Positions 12,527-22,964 of a stretch of DNA of 64,000 bases are shown here, one piece after another. The notes beneath the pieces are model-generated. The model saw only the letters and a list, made by a program, of their open reading frames with translations, made no database searches and was not told the origin of the DNA. Position 1 is the stretch's first letter. Each line of letters starts with the position of its first letter. This stretch comes from an uncultured Rivularia sp. (GTDB lineage Bacteria > Cyanobacteriota > Cyanobacteriia > Cyanobacteriales > Nostocaceae). Where the stretch lies: assembly GCA_963665115.1 (NCBI GenBank), contig OY762007.1, positions 4,096,001 to 4,160,000 of the forward strand. The letters are read 5' to 3'. The position numbers and the translations under genes are program-made.

Positions 12527-12837
12527 GCATCACTGCTCCCTATTTACTAACTCACTCAAATGTTTGATTTTAGTACATCTTGAATAAATTTGGTAATTGG
12601 TAATTGGGAATTGGGGCATTGGGCATGGGGCATGGGGAGTGAGGAGTTAGGAGTCAGTTGTTTTTCACCTTGTCTCTCTTCCCAATTACCTATTACCTAT
12701 TACCAATGCCCCATCCCCAATCCCTATGCCCAATTACCAATTACCAAATTCTTTATCAATTTATGTAAAAAGTATTTGCAGTAAATCAAAATATATGGAT
12801 TAAACTAACGAATGCTGACAAGAGTGGGGTGGAAATT

Positions 12838-14208
12838 ATGGTTAAAGTCGTATCTCGAAAAGCTCTCAAAACTCAAAATGTATATGATATTGGGCTGGAA
12901 AGCGACCATAATTTTTTAATTAAAGATGGTTTGATTGCTTCTAACTGCTTTAATAAATCTCACTCTACAGCCTACGGGTATGTAACATATCAAACTGCTT
13001 ATTTAAAAGCCAATTATCCCTTGGAGTATATGGCGGCGCTGCTGACAGCTAATAGCGGCGATAAAGATAAGGTGCAAAAATATATTGCAACCTGTATGAA
13101 TATGGGTATTCAAATAGAATCACCCGATATCAATTCTTCCGAAGTTGATTTCACTCCTGCAAACGAGAAAATTTTATTTGGTTTGTCAGCAATACGCAAT
13201 GTGGGAGAAAACGCGAGAAACTGTATTTTAGAAGCAAGAGTTGAAGAAAATTTTAAATCGCTGGCTGACTTTTGCGATCGCGTTGATTTGGGTACGGTAA
13301 ATCGTCGAGCTTTGCAGTCGTTGATATATTGTGGAGCTTTCGACAAAATTAACGATAATCGCAATCAGTTAACTCAAGATTTAGAGTTTGTATACGATTG
13401 GGCACAATCCCGTGCTAGGGATAGAGCCAGCGGGCAAGGAAATCTATTTGACTTATTGGGTGGTGCTTGGAGCGGTGATGCAAATGCAAATAATATGTCT
13501 GGAGCAGTATTAAGCCCTCCGAAAGCCAAAGAAGTTGAAGATTTTCCTCCTCATGAAAAGCTGCGAATGGAGAAAGAACTTTTAGGTTTTTATGTATCGG
13601 ATCATCCGCTCAAATCGATAGGTAAATCTATGCGAATTCTTTCGCCAGTCAACATGACGCAGTTGAAGTTTCAGCGAGAAGAAGCAAAGGTTTGCGTGGT
13701 TGTCATGCTTAATAATGTGAAAAAGGTGATAACCAAAAAAGGCGATCCGATGGCAATATTACAGATAGAAGATTTAACTACAACCGGGGAAGCTGTAGTT
13801 TTTCCTAAAACTTACGACAGAATTAACGAAATTTTGCAAGTAGATGCCAAATTAATTATTTGGGGAAAAGTGGATAAGAAAGACGATCAAGCTCAATTAT
13901 TAGTTGACGATGCGGAGCCAGTAGAAAACATCGAATTAATCGTCATCGAAATGACTCCTCAACAAGCAACAACTATCGAAGAACATCATCGTCTAAGAAC
14001 AATTTTAAAAGATTTAAAAGAGCAATCGGGTGAAAAAGAGAAAGGGAAAATACCCGTTATTGGAATTATTAAGACTGAAAACTCGCGTCAATTAGTTCGT
14101 TTTGGCAGACAATACTGGGTGCAAGATTCCAGAAGCGCGATTATGGCTTTGCATAATGGTAGATTCAATGCTCGCATTCAACCGCTTACAGTTACCAGTG
14201 AGCAGTGA
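12838..14208 (+). CDS. dnaE: DNA polymerase III alpha C-terminal half with split intein IntC (trans-splicing DnaE-c)
   Basis: 36-aa IntC (12838-12945) MVKVVSRK...VYDIG...HNF...IASN followed by the extein CFNKSHSTAY; OB fold further on. Confidence 0.96.
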   Translation: MVKVVSRKALKTQNVYDIGLESDHNFLIKDGLIASNCFNKSHSTAYGYVTYQTAYLKANYPLEYMAALLTANSGDKDKVQKYIATCMNMGIQIESPDINSSEVDFTPANEKILFGLSAIRNVGENARNCILEARVEENFKSLADFCDRVDLGTVNRRALQSLIYCGAFDKINDNRNQLTQDLEFVYDWAQSRARDRASGQGNLFDLLGGAWSGDANANNMSGAVLSPPKAKEVEDFPPHEKLRMEKELLGFYVSDHPLKSIGKSMRILSPVNMTQLKFQREEAKVCVVVMLNNVKKVITKKGDPMAILQIEDLTTTGEAVVFPKTYDRINEILQVDAKLIIWGKVDKKDDQAQLLVDDAEPVENIELIVIEMTPQQATTIEEHHRLRTILKDLKEQSGEKEKGKIPVIGIIKTENSRQLVRFGRQYWVQDSRSAIMALHNGRFNARIQPLTVTSEQ

Positions 14209-14756
14209 GTAGGGAGTAGGGAGTAGGGAGTAGGGAGTAGGGAGTAGGGAGTAGGGAGTAAGGAGTAGGGAGTAGAGAGTAGAGAGTAGAAAGTAGGAAG
14301 TAAGCTGCTACGCATTTAATTTGTATAGTACTAGCGAGCAAGATGCTTGTCCCTGGCGGACACGCTGCGTTAGCGGAGCGAGACGATAGTCTTAGGCAGC
14401 ACTACAACCTTTTCAAATTTTCGCATTATTCAATTTAGCTGCACATCAGCTTAGAAAGTAAATCACTTTTTCTTATTTTCATAAATGTCGCTACTAATTA
14501 CGTCTATTTTTACTCGCTACTTGTTATTCATTACTCACTACTCACTACTCACTACTCACTACTTTAATAATGTCCCCTGCCTCCCCTGCTCTCTTTACCC
14601 ACTCTTCCCTATCTAAGTATTAATGTATTAAGACAGACTTCGTAGTTTAACTGTTTTACTTCGCACTCTTCAAATCGTCAACAGTATATTAGCCTATCGC
14701 TGCAAAGGATTCATGGCTTTTTGGTTGCTTTTGCTGATGATATCTTGCTTTAAAAG

Positions 14757-15362
14757 GTGGTATCTTTTGATGCCATGTTCTTTATAGCGGCAAGCAGGGT
14801 GAGGAGTAAAAATTTAATGACGCTTGAGGGTTTAGATCAGTTTGTTTCATACTGCAAAAGGATTCAACCCCAAAGTCCAGAAGACATAAAAAGGTTTTTC
14901 GAGGGTGTGATAGGATTTCCTTATGATAAGGAACTTCTGTTACAAGCTTATTTGTATTTAAATATTAAAAGATTATTTCCAAGTTGTTCCGAGTTATTGT
15001 TGTTTGAAAAGTCTCCAATTGCTGATTATACGGATTTAGGTAAGTGCGATTTTGTCTATTTAACTTCGGATAGAAAGCTGTTTTTAATTGAGACTAAATT
15101 TATTGATACAACAGCATCGGGAGCAACGGAAAGAAAAAGAAGAAATAAGCATCGAAATAAAGTTTTTGAGCAGGTGATAACTTTAAAAAATCGGTTTGGT
15201 CAATATTGGAATATTCAAGTGGAAGAATTGGAGTGCGGTGTTTTTACAACCGATCCCGAAATTGACTGGCGTGGAAATAACATAAATGTGACTACCAAAT
15301 CAGTTTCGATAAGGGATTTAGAAGAATGGAGAATGACAAAACAAACCTTTAACCACACCTAA
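14757..15362 (+). CDS. Hypothetical protein, possible PD-(D/E)xK nuclease fold
   Basis: LGKCDFVY...LFLIETKF resembles a D...ExK motif; start uncertain (14817 possible). Confidence 0.55.
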   Translation: MVSFDAMFFIAASRVRSKNLMTLEGLDQFVSYCKRIQPQSPEDIKRFFEGVIGFPYDKELLLQAYLYLNIKRLFPSCSELLLFEKSPIADYTDLGKCDFVYLTSDRKLFLIETKFIDTTASGATERKRRNKHRNKVFEQVITLKNRFGQYWNIQVEELECGVFTTDPEIDWRGNNINVTTKSVSIRDLEEWRMTKQTFNHT

Positions 15363-15666
15363 GAATTATTACAAATTAATAATTTACCGTGTTTGGTACA
15401 AGAGTTCTATTTGCTATACTTATTTTCTGGTTTGGATAAAATCAATTGGTTTGCGCTAAACAAAATCTGAGAGAATTACGCAGTTTATACAAAAAATTAT
15501 TATAAAAATAGAAGTAAAATTTACGCAAATTGGTTATTGAAGCTATCCTGTTTTAGTATAGTGTGGCAATTATTAGATAATTGCTTTGGGGTGAATTATC
15601 CGCTCATTTGCGGAGAGTCAAACCCTTTTTAACGCCTTATTCACACATTCGGAGGTTAAAAGTAAC

Positions 15667-16066
15667 GTGTTAAAGACACTTGTGGTAATTGCCATTGGTT
15701 TTTTACCGTCTCTGTTTTCCCTGTGGTTAATGCGTAGAAACCAGGCTAAAACCCGTGCGCTTCTACGACGAGCTGCGGTTACAAGTTATCCCAGACAGTC
15801 GAGAAGCCAAAATTATAACCATAGAATAAATTATCCGGCTCAACTTGGTTCCGGCGAAGGCGAAAACCGCACCCAAGGCGAAAACCGCGCCGAAGGCGAA
15901 CGCTACTATTTGGAAGGAGTGGGTTATCTTGTCGGTGACATTACCTGTGAATACAACGCTCGTTCGGGTTATATAAGATGTGCTGTTAATCCGAGTGGCC
16001 CCCTGCGATGGTTGCCGTTTTTATGAAGAAAGAAAGGAAACGGCTCGAACAAAATACCATGCTTGA
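15667..16066 (+). CDS. DUF6464-like small membrane protein (extra C at 15999-16003)
   Basis: N-terminal TM and GDITCEYNARSGYIRCAVNPSGP; removing one C gives GPCDGCRFYE... with stop at 16066. Confidence 0.7.
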
Positions 16067-16192
16067 AAGTAACTTAAATAAAGCTTAGACGCTCCGGGAT
16101 GCCATATTCCCCGTTCCCTCTTCCCTGTTCCCTCTTCCCTATGTACAATTGTTTGGGATCTAAATTCCCATCTAATTGTTTTAATTGCCTTC

Positions 16193-17545
16193 TTGAGAAT
16201 TGCATTAATGTCTGCAACTTGGACGCAGGAACAAATTTTGGCACTAGCCCCAGATGCAAGTTCAGCCAAAAATGGTAAAGCTTTAGCTACTTCCCGTAAG
16301 TGGTCATCATTAGGTTACAACGAAAAAGCTACTTGGGGTGAATGTCAAGGAAGTGGTAAAAAACCTTATTTAACAGAAATAGATTTGACTGAACCTGCTT
16401 TTAAATGCAGTTGTCCCAGTCGAAAATTCCCGTGTAAGCACGGTATTGGACTGTTTCTTTTATTTATCAACGAAAAACAATTATTTGCTCAAAATTCTCC
16501 CCCGGAATGGGTAAATCAGTGGCTTGAAGCTCGCAGCCAAAGACAAGTTAAGAAGGAAGAAAAAGTAAAAACAGAAGAAAAAGCCAAGAAAGAAATAGAT
16601 CCCGAAGCCCAAGCAAAACGTGCAGCCAAGCGTTTAGATAAAGTTACTGCCGGAATGCAGGATTTAGAAGTATGGCTGCGGGATTTGGTAAGTAATGGTT
16701 TGGCAGCAGCGCAGGAAAAACCCTACAGTTTTTGGGATGATGCTTTCTCGCGGTTAGTAGACGCACAAGCGCCAGGTGTGGCTCGTTTGGTAAAGGAAAT
16801 GGCAAGTATTTCTCATTCGGGTACGGGATGGCAAGAAAGATTATTATCGCAATTAGGGCGGGTATATCTTTTAACTGAAGCTTTCAAGCGCTTAGATACT
16901 TTACCTAAACAAGTGCAAACAGATATTCGTACTCAAATCGGTTTTTCTCAAAATCAACAAGAATTATCAACGCAACAAGGAATAGATGATTCTTGGTTAA
17001 TTTTAGGGCAAAGTTTGGCAGAAGAAGACCGTTTGAAAATACAGCGTACTTGGCTTTGGGGTAAACAAACGCAACAAAAAGCATTAATTCTTAACTTCGC
17101 TCACGGTAGTCAGCCGTTAGATACCAGTCTTGTACCCGGAAGCTGTATAAATGCAGAATTAGTGTTTTTCGAGAGCGCTTATCCTTTACGAGCAATAGTT
17201 AAAAATCGTCAAGATGCAGTCACTCAAATAGATACAATGCCGGGATATAGTAATATCTCAAGTATGGTTATTGAATATTCTCAAGCCTTAGCTAAAAATC
17301 CTTGGATAGAACAATTTCCTGCCCCAATCCGTGGAGTAATTCCAATTAAACAAAACGATAGCTGGTTTGTACGTGATGAAGATAAACGTTTACTGACTTT
17401 GAAATCAAGATTTAAAAATAATTGGCAGTTATTAGCACTCAGCGGTGGATATCCTATAGATATTTTTGGTGAGTGGGATGGAGAATACTTTTTACCCTTG
17501 AGTGTATGGGTGGAAAATCGGTTTATAAATTTTAGCAGCGGATGA
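16193..17545 (+). CDS. SWIM zinc-finger protein (YehQ-like)
   Basis: WGECQGSGKKPY...CSCPSRKFPCKH; real start probably ATG 16208. Confidence 0.85.
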   Translation: MRIALMSATWTQEQILALAPDASSAKNGKALATSRKWSSLGYNEKATWGECQGSGKKPYLTEIDLTEPAFKCSCPSRKFPCKHGIGLFLLFINEKQLFAQNSPPEWVNQWLEARSQRQVKKEEKVKTEEKAKKEIDPEAQAKRAAKRLDKVTAGMQDLEVWLRDLVSNGLAAAQEKPYSFWDDAFSRLVDAQAPGVARLVKEMASISHSGTGWQERLLSQLGRVYLLTEAFKRLDTLPKQVQTDIRTQIGFSQNQQELSTQQGIDDSWLILGQSLAEEDRLKIQRTWLWGKQTQQKALILNFAHGSQPLDTSLVPGSCINAELVFFESAYPLRAIVKNRQDAVTQIDTMPGYSNISSMVIEYSQALAKNPWIEQFPAPIRGVIPIKQNDSWFVRDEDKRLLTLKSRFKNNWQLLALSGGYPIDIFGEWDGEYFLPLSVWVENRFINFSSG

Positions 17546-17719
17546 TTTTGACAGCGGATGATTTTGGCAGCGGATGATTTTGGCAGCGGATGATTTTGGC
17601 AGCGGATGATTTTGGCAGCGGATGATTTTGGCAGCGGATGATTTTGGCAACGGATGATTTTGGCAGCGGATGATTTTGACAGCGGATGATTTTGGCAACG
17701 GATGATTTTGGCAGCGGAT
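17536..17719 (+). repeat. Tandem 16-bp repeat CAGCGGATGATTTTGG, about 11.5 copies
   Basis: Head-to-tail copies with few substitutions and no spacers; overlaps the SWIM gene stop codon. Confidence 0.95.
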
Positions 17720-17828
17720 TAGAAAATATAATTTACCTCATCTACCCACTCTTCCCCCTCTTCCCCCTCTTCCCCCTCTACCCCCTCTTCCCCCTCTCTT
17801 GACAATTCCCAATTCCCTATTTTAATAA

Positions 17829-19361
17829 ATGAACATTTGGCAAGATTTAGTAAAAACTGCGGTTGTCGGTACTCAAAGACAACAATTGAAAAACTTTTCA
17901 CAAGAGAATCAATTGGGTGAAGTTTTAAGTCGTCTTGATAGTAATGATAAAGAAGGAAGTTTGCTGAGTGCTGCTGGGGCAATTTATCTTTATCAAAAAG
18001 CTGGTAAATTAGCTGCAATTGATAATAAAAAAACATTGGAAACCTGCGATTTAGATGATTTACCATATTGCAGTCAACTATCGGAACAACATTTGGGAAT
18101 GATATTGAGCGGAGGAGACAGCAGAGCTTTACCTGAGTGGTTGAAATTATTAGCTGAAGCAAAAAAAGTTATTTCGCCAAAGTATTTACCTGAATTGTTG
18201 GCGTTAGGAAAAAGGAACAATCATTTACGAAAAGATATCTTACCTGTTTTAGGTAAGCGAGGATTTTGGTTAGCAGCCCAAAACCCAGAGTGGAATTATG
18301 CTGTTGGTGAAGATGCCGATCAAATTTGGAAAAATGGTAGTTTAGAAGCTCGAATAAAGTTGTTAAAAGAATTGCGTCAATCTGAACCAGAAAAAGGGCT
18401 ATCGCAATTACAAAATATTTGGAGTAAGGAAAGAGCGCAGGAAAGAGCAAGTTTATTAGAAGTCTTGGAAGTTGCTTTGAGCGTTGATGATGAGCCGTTT
18501 TTAGAAGATGCGCTTGAAGATAGAAGCAAGCTAGTGCGAGATGTAGCTGCTAGATTGCTCGCACAAATTCCAGAATCTAAGCTTGTGCAAAGAATGATAG
18601 AAAGAGTTCGCCCTTTATTAAGTTTGAATAATAAAGGTATAGAGGTTGTATTACCTCAAAAATGTACCTTAGAAATGACTCAAGACGGTATTGATGAATC
18701 AAAATATATACCTTCTTTAGGAGAGAAAGCGAGTTTACTATTACAAATGCTCAGTTGCGTACCGCCGAGTATATGGAGTGATGATTGGAAAAAAACTCCT
18801 GATGAATTATTAAAAATAATCGAAAATAGTAAATGGAAAAAATTACTTTTAGAAGCTTGGGCAACGGCTACAGTTAAAAGTAAAGATATAGTTTGGGCTG
18901 AAGCTTTACTTAAATCATCTGTAAGTTTATATAAAAATTTAAATCATATTGATAATTCGATTGTAAATTTTATCAGGATTTTACCTTGTTCTCAGGTTGA
19001 AACTTTAACTTTAGAGGCTCTGCAACAATCTTCAAATACGCCACCTTTTAACTCTACCAGCCCAGCTTTTCCATTATTAATTCATACTCCACATATCTGG
19101 AATGAAGAAATTAGTCGGGCAGTAATATCAAGTATAAAAGGCTGTATCGAAAACAATAATCAAGTTAATGATTGGCAAGTTGGCTCGGCTTTAGGACGTT
19201 TTTCTCTAAAAATTGCACCTTCCATATATCATGAAGCAGCCGAGATTTTAAAATTTGAAGAATCTGAAAATACCCATAAACCTATAATTGATGCTATTGA
19301 TAAATTTTTAACTAAATTACAATTTCGGTATGAAATGAAAGAAGCATTATTCATCATGTAG
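17829..19361 (+). CDS. DUF5691-like helical protein
   Basis: W.DLVKTAVVGT, LGKRGFWLAAQNPEW, DEPFLEDALEDRSKLVR; lies between the SWIM and AAA genes. Confidence 0.75.
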   Translation: MNIWQDLVKTAVVGTQRQQLKNFSQENQLGEVLSRLDSNDKEGSLLSAAGAIYLYQKAGKLAAIDNKKTLETCDLDDLPYCSQLSEQHLGMILSGGDSRALPEWLKLLAEAKKVISPKYLPELLALGKRNNHLRKDILPVLGKRGFWLAAQNPEWNYAVGEDADQIWKNGSLEARIKLLKELRQSEPEKGLSQLQNIWSKERAQERASLLEVLEVALSVDDEPFLEDALEDRSKLVRDVAARLLAQIPESKLVQRMIERVRPLLSLNNKGIEVVLPQKCTLEMTQDGIDESKYIPSLGEKASLLLQMLSCVPPSIWSDDWKKTPDELLKIIENSKWKKLLLEAWATATVKSKDIVWAEALLKSSVSLYKNLNHIDNSIVNFIRILPCSQVETLTLEALQQSSNTPPFNSTSPAFPLLIHTPHIWNEEISRAVISSIKGCIENNNQVNDWQVGSALGRFSLKIAPSIYHEAAEILKFEESENTHKPIIDAIDKFLTKLQFRYEMKEALFIM

Positions 19362-19437
19362 AGACGTAAAATTTTACGTCTCCAAAATTTAGGTTATAAG
19401 ACAGATTAATTAAATATTTAAATCATAGGGAGGAAAT

Positions 19438-20583
19438 ATGGTTGGAAAAAATAAAACCGCAGAGGCGCAGAGTACGCAGATGAAGAAAAAAGAGGTAAAT
19501 AAAAACACAAACTTACTCAGGGAACACGCGGAATATCAGTTTGCTGAAGAATTGGAAGAATTAGCAAAGGTGGATAAGCGTCAACGCCCGCCAAATTGGA
19601 ATTTGTCGCCTTGGGCTGTAATGACTTATTTAATGGGTGGCAAGTTGGATAGCGGGTTTGAGGTGTCGCCTAAGTATATCGGTGAGAGGAGAGTTATTGA
19701 GATTGCGATCGCCACTTTGACAACTGACAGGGGTTTATTGTTGATAGGGGTTCCAGGTACTGCAAAATCATGGGTTTCCGAACATTTAGCCGCAGCGATT
19801 TCAGGAGATTCCAAGTTATTAATACAAGGTACTGCGGGAACCAGTGAAGAAGCGATTCGTTACGGTTGGAATTATGCCAAATTGCTAGCTGATGGCCCTT
19901 CTATGGGAGCATTAGTAGCAAGTCCGTTGATGCGAGCGATGGAAGATGGAAAAGTGGCAAGGGTAGAAGAATTAACCCGAATTCCGGCAGACGTTCAAGA
20001 TACATTAATTACCATCCTATCCGAGAAAACACTGCCGATTCCCGAATTAGGAGAAGAAGTGCAGGCAAATAAAGGTTTTAGCGTCATCGCAACGGCTAAC
20101 GATAGAGATAAAGGAGTTAACGATTTATCCAGCGCCTTGAAAAGACGTTTTAACACAGTAGTTTTACCATTACCAAAGACAGTAGAAGAAGAAATAGATA
20201 TTGTGCAAAGGCGCGTAGAAAGTTTAGGAAAAGCATTAGAATTACCAGCAGAGCCGCCAGCTTTAGAAGAGATAAGACGTATTGTTACGGTATTTCGGGA
20301 ATTAAGAAGTGGAGTAACAGAAGATGGAAAAACAAAGATTAAATCTCCGACAAGTACCTTGAGTACAGCAGAAGCAATTTCCGTGGTAAATAGTGGAATG
20401 GCATTAGCAGCGCATTTCGGCGACGGTAGTTTGAGCGCATCAGATGTCGCTTCCGGAATAATTGGAGCGGTGATTAAAGATCCAGTGCAGGATAAAGTTG
20501 TGTGGAGAGAGTATTTAGAAACTGTGGTTAAAGAAAGAGATGATTGGAAAGATTTGTATCGGGCTTGTAGGGAAGTTAGTTAA
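19438..20583 (+). CDS. MoxR-like AAA+ ATPase (YehL family)
   Basis: GVPGTAKS Walker A, RVEELTR, ATANDRDKGVNDLSSALKRRF. Confidence 0.9.
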   Translation: MVGKNKTAEAQSTQMKKKEVNKNTNLLREHAEYQFAEELEELAKVDKRQRPPNWNLSPWAVMTYLMGGKLDSGFEVSPKYIGERRVIEIAIATLTTDRGLLLIGVPGTAKSWVSEHLAAAISGDSKLLIQGTAGTSEEAIRYGWNYAKLLADGPSMGALVASPLMRAMEDGKVARVEELTRIPADVQDTLITILSEKTLPIPELGEEVQANKGFSVIATANDRDKGVNDLSSALKRRFNTVVLPLPKTVEEEIDIVQRRVESLGKALELPAEPPALEEIRRIVTVFRELRSGVTEDGKTKIKSPTSTLSTAEAISVVNSGMALAAHFGDGSLSASDVASGIIGAVIKDPVQDKVVWREYLETVVKERDDWKDLYRACREVS

Positions 20584-20599
20584 TAGTTAGGAGTTAGTT

Positions 20600-20823
20600 G
20601 TAGGGTGTGTTACGGCTTGATAAATTTTGATTATTGGTTATTAATTAAATTATGCCGTAACGCACCATCTGAGATTAAGGTTTTTTGTATAAATGAAAAA
20701 GGACGGGCAGGGATGCCCATCCCACAAGAGAATAGTAGGTTAGGAATAAAATTTGTAGGGTGTGTTACGGCTTAGGAAAGTTCGATTATTGGTTATTAAT
20801 TGAATCATGCCGTAACGCACCAT
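20600..20823. repeat. Two copies of a REP-like palindromic element (GTAGGGTGTGTTACGGC...GCCGTAACGCACC)
   Basis: Copies at ~20600-20667 and ~20755-20823, each with internal inverted arms. Confidence 0.8.
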
Positions 20824-20953
20824 CAGAGATTAATATTTTTTGCGATAATTGCCTGGTAAAGTGCAACATCTCACCTTGAAATAAATTTCAAGGCTAATAT
20901 ACAAAGTACGTTAAAACGCACTAAAATATGTTTCCAGTCTGATTTGTCAGACT

Positions 20954-21973
20954 TTGAATATGAGCCTGGGAATTTATTCCAAGGTGGGTGTGAATAATAT
21001 TAAGAATGCTGCAAGATATGATGTTAGAAGAAATATGAATTCCGAAACAGAAAAACTTCTTGGTATTCTAGAATTTTACAATCACGGCAGAATGTTTGTC
21101 TGGGATAAGAGCATTAAAGGTAATTTCAATATTTGGAAGCTTTTGATTTCTGAAGGATTTGCAAAACTATCCGAACCAGATAAAGCTATAAAGCATTGGC
21201 TACAAACTGAATTTTGGGGTACTATAACTAATCAAAAATATAACGACATTCAATATGCGCCGTTGCGTCGAGAGCGTGAAAATGATGATTGGAATAATTA
21301 TATAAGACAAGATAAAATAAATTATTATCAAGCTTTATCTTATTTCCTCAAAAAAAGCTTACAAAACCTACAAGCATATGTAATTATTGGTTTTTCTAAT
21401 TGGGATGCCTGCGGAATAAGAGAAAGATTCGAGCATTATATTATTTTAGGTCAAACAGAAAGTAAAGACTGGATTTGTCTAGCTCCCAAAATGGTTGATC
21501 AAGTTTGGGATTTTTGTCGTAGCGATAAAGATCCACATATCTCTTCAGTAACAGCTTATCGTTCAAAAAATGCCGATACACGAGATATTGTAGAGAAAAT
21601 TAACAAAATTATTCGCAAAATAAAGCCTAGAGAAATTTACGGGCATTATTTTGGCGATTATTACTACAGTTATTATCATCAGCTTTTTTGTACATCATCC
21701 TCAACAAAGTATAAATCAATTGAGCTTGCACTTAGAGCAAGTAGTATGCTTGATATGAATGGTCAATTTACTCTTTATGAATGCTTTTCCGACGATAGCA
21801 ATTCGTATAAAGATGGACAAAGAATCGGTAGATTTATGAATAGGTATCTTACAAATCGTAAGTGTTTTACAGTAAGTTTCTGGGATGTTGGTTGCGGCTA
21901 TGATATTGGCTGTACTTCTACAGGTGATTGGATTGGTTTTAAGTACGAAAATATTTTTTTTTACAATCCTTAA
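20954..21973 (+). CDS. Hypothetical protein, possibly two nuclease A inhibitor (NuiA)-like halves
   Basis: YIILGQTESKDWI and YDIGCTSTGDWIG repeated motifs; start may be 21034. Confidence 0.45.
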   Translation: MNMSLGIYSKVGVNNIKNAARYDVRRNMNSETEKLLGILEFYNHGRMFVWDKSIKGNFNIWKLLISEGFAKLSEPDKAIKHWLQTEFWGTITNQKYNDIQYAPLRRERENDDWNNYIRQDKINYYQALSYFLKKSLQNLQAYVIIGFSNWDACGIRERFEHYIILGQTESKDWICLAPKMVDQVWDFCRSDKDPHISSVTAYRSKNADTRDIVEKINKIIRKIKPREIYGHYFGDYYYSYYHQLFCTSSSTKYKSIELALRASSMLDMNGQFTLYECFSDDSNSYKDGQRIGRFMNRYLTNRKCFTVSFWDVGCGYDIGCTSTGDWIGFKYENIFFYNP

Positions 21974-21993
21974 AAATAATCAAAGTTTATTAA

Positions 21994-22203
21994 ATGAGCA
22001 AACAGAATTTTCAAACAATGAGCCAGAAAGAGTTACATAATTATGTGCTTGCTAATCGCGAGGATAAAGAAGCTTTTCACGCTTATGTGGATAAGCTAAA
22101 TGCAGAAGGTAATTGGGTTGAAATGCCCCCGTTACAATCTATGGAAGATTTAGAAAATAATCCTGAGTTAATCAAGCATTTTCGTAACAAATCTGAGCAA
22201 TAA
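21994..22203 (+). CDS. Small DUF6887-like protein
   Basis: MSxxNFQTMSQKELHNYVLANREDKEAFHAYVD pattern of a common cyanobacterial small protein. Confidence 0.65.
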   Translation: MSKQNFQTMSQKELHNYVLANREDKEAFHAYVDKLNAEGNWVEMPPLQSMEDLENNPELIKHFRNKSEQ

Positions 22204-22273
22204 AAAAAAACCAACACCTCTAAAAGAAATGCTGGGTTATTTTCATAAACCTAATTAATAAAAAAATTCCAAA

Positions 22274-22819
22274 CTACTGTCTACTTGTTGCAATTAACCG
22301 CTGTCTAACTAAAAACTCAAGCTGATACAAGTAAGCTACAACAATAATTTGTAAAATTGTAAAGCGAGCAGAAGGTAGAGAAAAATCGTATGTGGATAAG
22401 TTTTGAACCCAAATAGATAATAAACTGAACAAGTTACAAGAATATGACCTAAAGATTCCTAAGAAAAACAACACGAAAACTGAAGATAATACATAACTTG
22501 TCCAACCAAAAACTGCTTCCCACCAGCTAAAAATACTGGGAAACCATCCTGCGTGTAATTCATCTTCGGGAAATCTACTGTCTGGGAAAAACACATCTAG
22601 AAAGGTATGTAACCAATGGTGCAAAAATGCGATTGATACTATCGGAAATGCAAATAATGAAAACAAGAATGCTCCTATTAACCAAGGTGCTGAATCCATC
22701 AACATTCTGATAATATCTAAGGCATAATCCATTAAGTAGCCTATGCCAATCATGAGTAAAATTAGAGCTACGCCATTAAACCAGGAACGAACATTTGGAA
22801 GCCAATATGGGAAACGCAT
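22274..22819 (-). CDS. Hypothetical membrane protein
   Basis: Four hydrophobic segments; PSIFSWWEAVFGW motif. Confidence 0.7.
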   Translation of the reverse strand: MRFPYWLPNVRSWFNGVALILLMIGIGYLMDYALDIIRMLMDSAPWLIGAFLFSLFAFPIVSIAFLHHWLHTFLDVFFPDSRFPEDELHAGWFPSIFSWWEAVFGWTSYVLSSVFVLFFLGIFRSYSCNLFSLLSIWVQNLSTYDFSLPSARFTILQIIVVAYLYQLEFLVRQRLIATSRQ

Positions 22820-22964
22820 ATATTTTGGTGGTATTTAGATAAGTTTTGCATTGATAATTGTCAGGTGATTTACATATGGTAATACATTGAATTATGTATG
22901 ACACCCTTTTAGCTTGATGGTTTATAAATCTTTGATTTTTAATGAGTGATTTTATACTTGACAA

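Noticed and set aside
17536..17719. CRISPR array
   Set aside because: Units are head-to-tail with no unique spacers, and there are no cas genes in the window
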